The translations under genes and the position numbers were made by a program. Of a stretch of 64,000 nt of DNA, positions 60,890 through 64,000 are shown in pieces; position 1 is the stretch's first letter; the number at the start of each line of letters is the position of its first letter. Location: the NCBI GenBank assembly GCA_964187785.1, contig OZ076409.1, positions 69,442,001 to 69,506,000 on the forward strand. The letters are read 5' to 3'. The notes below the pieces were generated by a model, which saw only the letters and a list, made by a program, of their open reading frames with translations, did no database searches and had not been told where the DNA came from. Source of the stretch: Amphiscolops sp. MND2022. Its lineage: Eukaryota.

Positions 60890-61636
60890 GGGTCAAAATT
60901 CAGCGAATCTGTCTGATATAGTTTTTCACCCTTCCTGCTTTCGAGTAAAGAGTTTGAACCTATCTAGTATGCGGGTTCCTCTTCTCCTGAATGTTTCCTC
61001 AAAACGCTTCATTATCGTTAGTAGTTGGATATTGGATACTCTCAATTTTGGATTTTATCTTTGAGCTTTTTTCGACCTATTGTTTCCATTGCTAAGAGGC
61101 TGCTTGTTTGTTCCCTCTCAAAGTCGACTCTGCAGTTTTTCATGCATTTTGAATATTAGAGCTGCCACTCTCGTTGTCGCCTCAGTTAGTGTTCGTAGTA
61201 ACTCGTCATATGAAAATGAAATTTTTGCTGCAACTTGCAGCTGGTCCAAATCCTCCAGAATTTTTTCCGATTCTGTTTTACCAAAATTTTCTCCCATATC
61301 CCTGTACATTGGAAACTCCGCTACAGCTGATGTCGGCAACGTCCCAACTTTCATGTTGATGTCGCATGAAGATGCTCGCAGCACCATATAGAAACCTGCA
61401 GTCTCAACTTGTTGAAGTGAGTATTGAAAAAAATTGTTTTGCAACAAGACCATTTGCAACAAGAGAACCCAGGTACGCTGAAGCTCAATACTGTTCCTTT
61501 TACTGTTGCCAACAATTTCTAAATTTAAGAACCGTTCTCGCTACCACACTTTTGTTATTTGTATTCGAACTCAAAGAGTGCTCCTCCGGAATCTCTATTT
61601 TTTAAGAGGAGAACCTTTGCTTTTCTGTATCATATA

Positions 61637-62326
61637 CTAGCTGAGTAGAGAAATAATCTCATACAAAATGTGCAATTTTACGTTGTTGTGATTTGGTTCA
61701 CTACTAACAGAGTCCGCGGAACTCTGTCGAGACATATTTCTACTGTTTTCTTGCATAAAACATTTCTTGGGACGATTTCCCCAAGTTTTCTGGGCATTTT
61801 CCGCTTCGGAGTTCCGTAGTAGCCCACTGAACCTTCGGTCCCCCATGGTGAAATTAGTTGCCCTTCTGCTATCTTGTAGCCCATTGGACCCGTGGTCCAC
61901 CACGGTGTGATTTCCTCGCCCCTGTGCCTCTAACGTATTTTGGATGGATGGAAGTATTTTTTTAGTGATAGCATTGCTAATTGCGTCTTGTATTTGGAAA
62001 TTCAAACTAGTTTTAATCTCATTCAGTTTTCTTGACATTTGATTATAAATTTCTTCACTAATCATCCTTGTGGTTTCGATAGTTATTTCACTATTTTCTC
62101 TACTGTTAGTATTGGGTATTGACCTAACGTCTTCTCCTATTACATTTGAATTTTGTTGTGGTCGACTAGACCCTGAGTCTAAATTCCTACCATTCTCACT
62201 ACCATTGTTTTCCTCATCATCTCTAGAGTAACTTCCTAACATAATATCTACATTCTCCACATCGGACATCAAGTCCATTTGTCTAGATCGGCGTTCCTTA
62301 GCATTTTGCTTTCTAGTTGAAGGCAT
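61637..62326 (-). CDS. Hypothetical protein with a central coiled coil, encoded antisense within the putative LTR
   Basis: 229-aa ATG-initiated ORF; the last ~15 codons run into flanking DNA. Confidence 0.5.
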   Translation of the reverse strand: MPSTRKQNAKERRSRQMDLMSDVENVDIMLGSYSRDDEENNGSENGRNLDSGSSRPQQNSNVIGEDVRSIPNTNSRENSEITIETTRMISEEIYNQMSRKLNEIKTSLNFQIQDAISNAITKKILPSIQNTLEAQGRGNHTVVDHGSNGLQDSRRATNFTMGDRRFSGLLRNSEAENAQKTWGNRPKKCFMQENSRNMSRQSSADSVSSEPNHNNVKLHILYEIISLLS

Positions 62327-62590
62327 TGAAGAATCAGTTATTCCAATAGTGAATTGAAATATTTAACAAGTATTCCAGCAAACTTTAACTGGGTGAAAGT
62401 TTGGACAATTCGTGTGAAATCACAGTAAGCGAAGTAATGGCTGGTATTCAGGTTATCCAAAGAATGATCCCCGGGACTTGCCGTCCCTAGTATATATACT
62501 TTTCGTTGCATGACGCATCAATTTTAGGGTATCATGTTACTATAAATAAACGTTTTGCGCTTAAAATAGATCTAACAAATGACATCAATA
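61684..62590 (+). mobile_element. Probable solo LTR (907 bp)
   Basis: TTACGT duplicated at 61678-61683 and 62591-62596; ends TGTTG...CAATA (one change from CAACA); TATATATA at ~62491 and AATAAA at ~62544. Confidence 0.6.
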
Positions 62591-64000
62591 TTACGTCACT
62601 AAATTGTTGTAGCCTAAAATAGCCTCAAAGCAACTTTGGGGGGGGGCAAGGCGGCATAGCCTTTAGGTCCGACGAATTGAATTGGGACTTGAATACATAT
62701 ATGCGTATTCATGTAAATACATGCTCCTTCAAATATTACATGTCATTCAACCAAAAACCAAGAATATATGTTGATAACATTGTAATAGGTTCAAAAACTA
62801 AATGTCTACATCGTTTCATGTACAGGCTCTTATTTGAGCTAATAACACCACAGCGGACCTTCAGTCCACTCGTCTACAGTACGGTACATGTAAGTTTTGG
62901 ATTGAAAATGAATAGCACCATGGCAGACTGACGGTAGCCGCGGCTACAGCAAATGTATATCAATACTGCGCTGTTATTGGTCGTTATAATAATGGACTGC
63001 GTGTTCAGCTAGCTACAAGAAACGATCATTTGAACGTTTCCTGTATTGTGCTCACTTGTACGTTTTGATTCAAACATTTGAAACTGCATTAACACTTTCC
63101 AATTGCATCATATTGATTAACTTCGCATTATCACAGTAACCTTCTAATTGCGAGCTGTTATTACAAACACTAATAGCAACTGATGTAAATCGTACCAAAA
63201 ATAATCTATATACATGTAACTAATGAAATAAGCGTCAAAATTTATTGTAGGCAAGTCGACTCAAGGTCCCTTGTCGTTGAATTCCGTAGTGGCTAGTTAG
63301 TATATTGTATCATGTTTATCCAGCTGTTCCCATGGTCTTAGTGCTTCAAATAGGCAGTACGCCAGGTGCGGGGATAGGTGCGTTGTCTCCTGCTGGAATT
63401 TGATAGAAAATACCGTCACAGGCGGTAGCCTGTGACAGCTGTCCTCCGGGATAGTGTTACTAGGATTCCAACTGCCATTGTTTCACAAGTAAAAGGTCAA
63501 TATGTCATTACTCAAATTCTTTGCGTCTCATTGTTTTTTGTTCTTTCAGTGTGCTTTTTATCATTTTGGCAAACTCCCTACTCTGACCGAGTTTGACCCA
63601 GTCGTGACGTTGACCTAGGTTTGACTGATATAACAGTTTCGTATAAATAATAACATTACTTCGGTTCATCAATTTTTTTCTACACTTTTTATCAATTTCA
63701 AATTTTTTCCAACCAAGGACCAAAATTGTTGTTTCTGAGCCTTGTGGTAGACCGGATTCAGAAAAGTTTTTAAAATAATGTTTTTGGAATTCTTCCCAGT
63801 ATTCTTGCTCCTCTTAGTTCGTCCCAAACTTCTGAACATTACAGGTGGGGAAAGGTATTGACTAAACCTCGTAACTTGAACTTCTAACGATGTGCGATGA
63901 CTAAGCTTCTGTTAAGTATAATTCAAACTTTCTCTTAGAAATATCGCAAAGCCACTCATTTTCAATATAAGAGTAGTACAGTGTAGTAAGACCAGTTGTG

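Noticed and set aside
61080..61605. Overlapping ORFs on both strands
   Set aside because: No domain recognised and no match to the expected PON 5' exons

Overview
AT-rich, repeat-dense eukaryotic (animal) genomic DNA with GT-AG introns; most short ORFs in the track are spurious. The centrepiece is a full-length 13,455-bp Polinton/Maverick (adintovirus-like endogenous virus) at 39233-52687 with AGTAGT termini, ~430-bp TIRs and a 6-bp TSD (CTCCAG). It encodes pPolB, major capsid, integrase, penton, an adenain-like protease and, unusually, two tandem A32/FtsK-type ATPases, one with an N-terminal transmembrane segment and one with Zn-fingers plus an Asn-rich repeat. This copy carries several small lesions. 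Host genes are a 5-exon Neuralized-like E3 ligase (+, 19570-25593) and the 3' exons of a paraoxonase/arylesterase (-, 55970-57791). The rest includes a ~3.6-kb nested palindrome, several families of Helentron-like non-autonomous elements (one with a 172-bp satellite, two with tRNA-like heads), MITEs, decayed LINE/CRE/Gypsy fragments, an internally deleted BEL/Pao element and a probable solo LTR with an antisense ORF. All calls come from reading motifs by eye; no searches were run.
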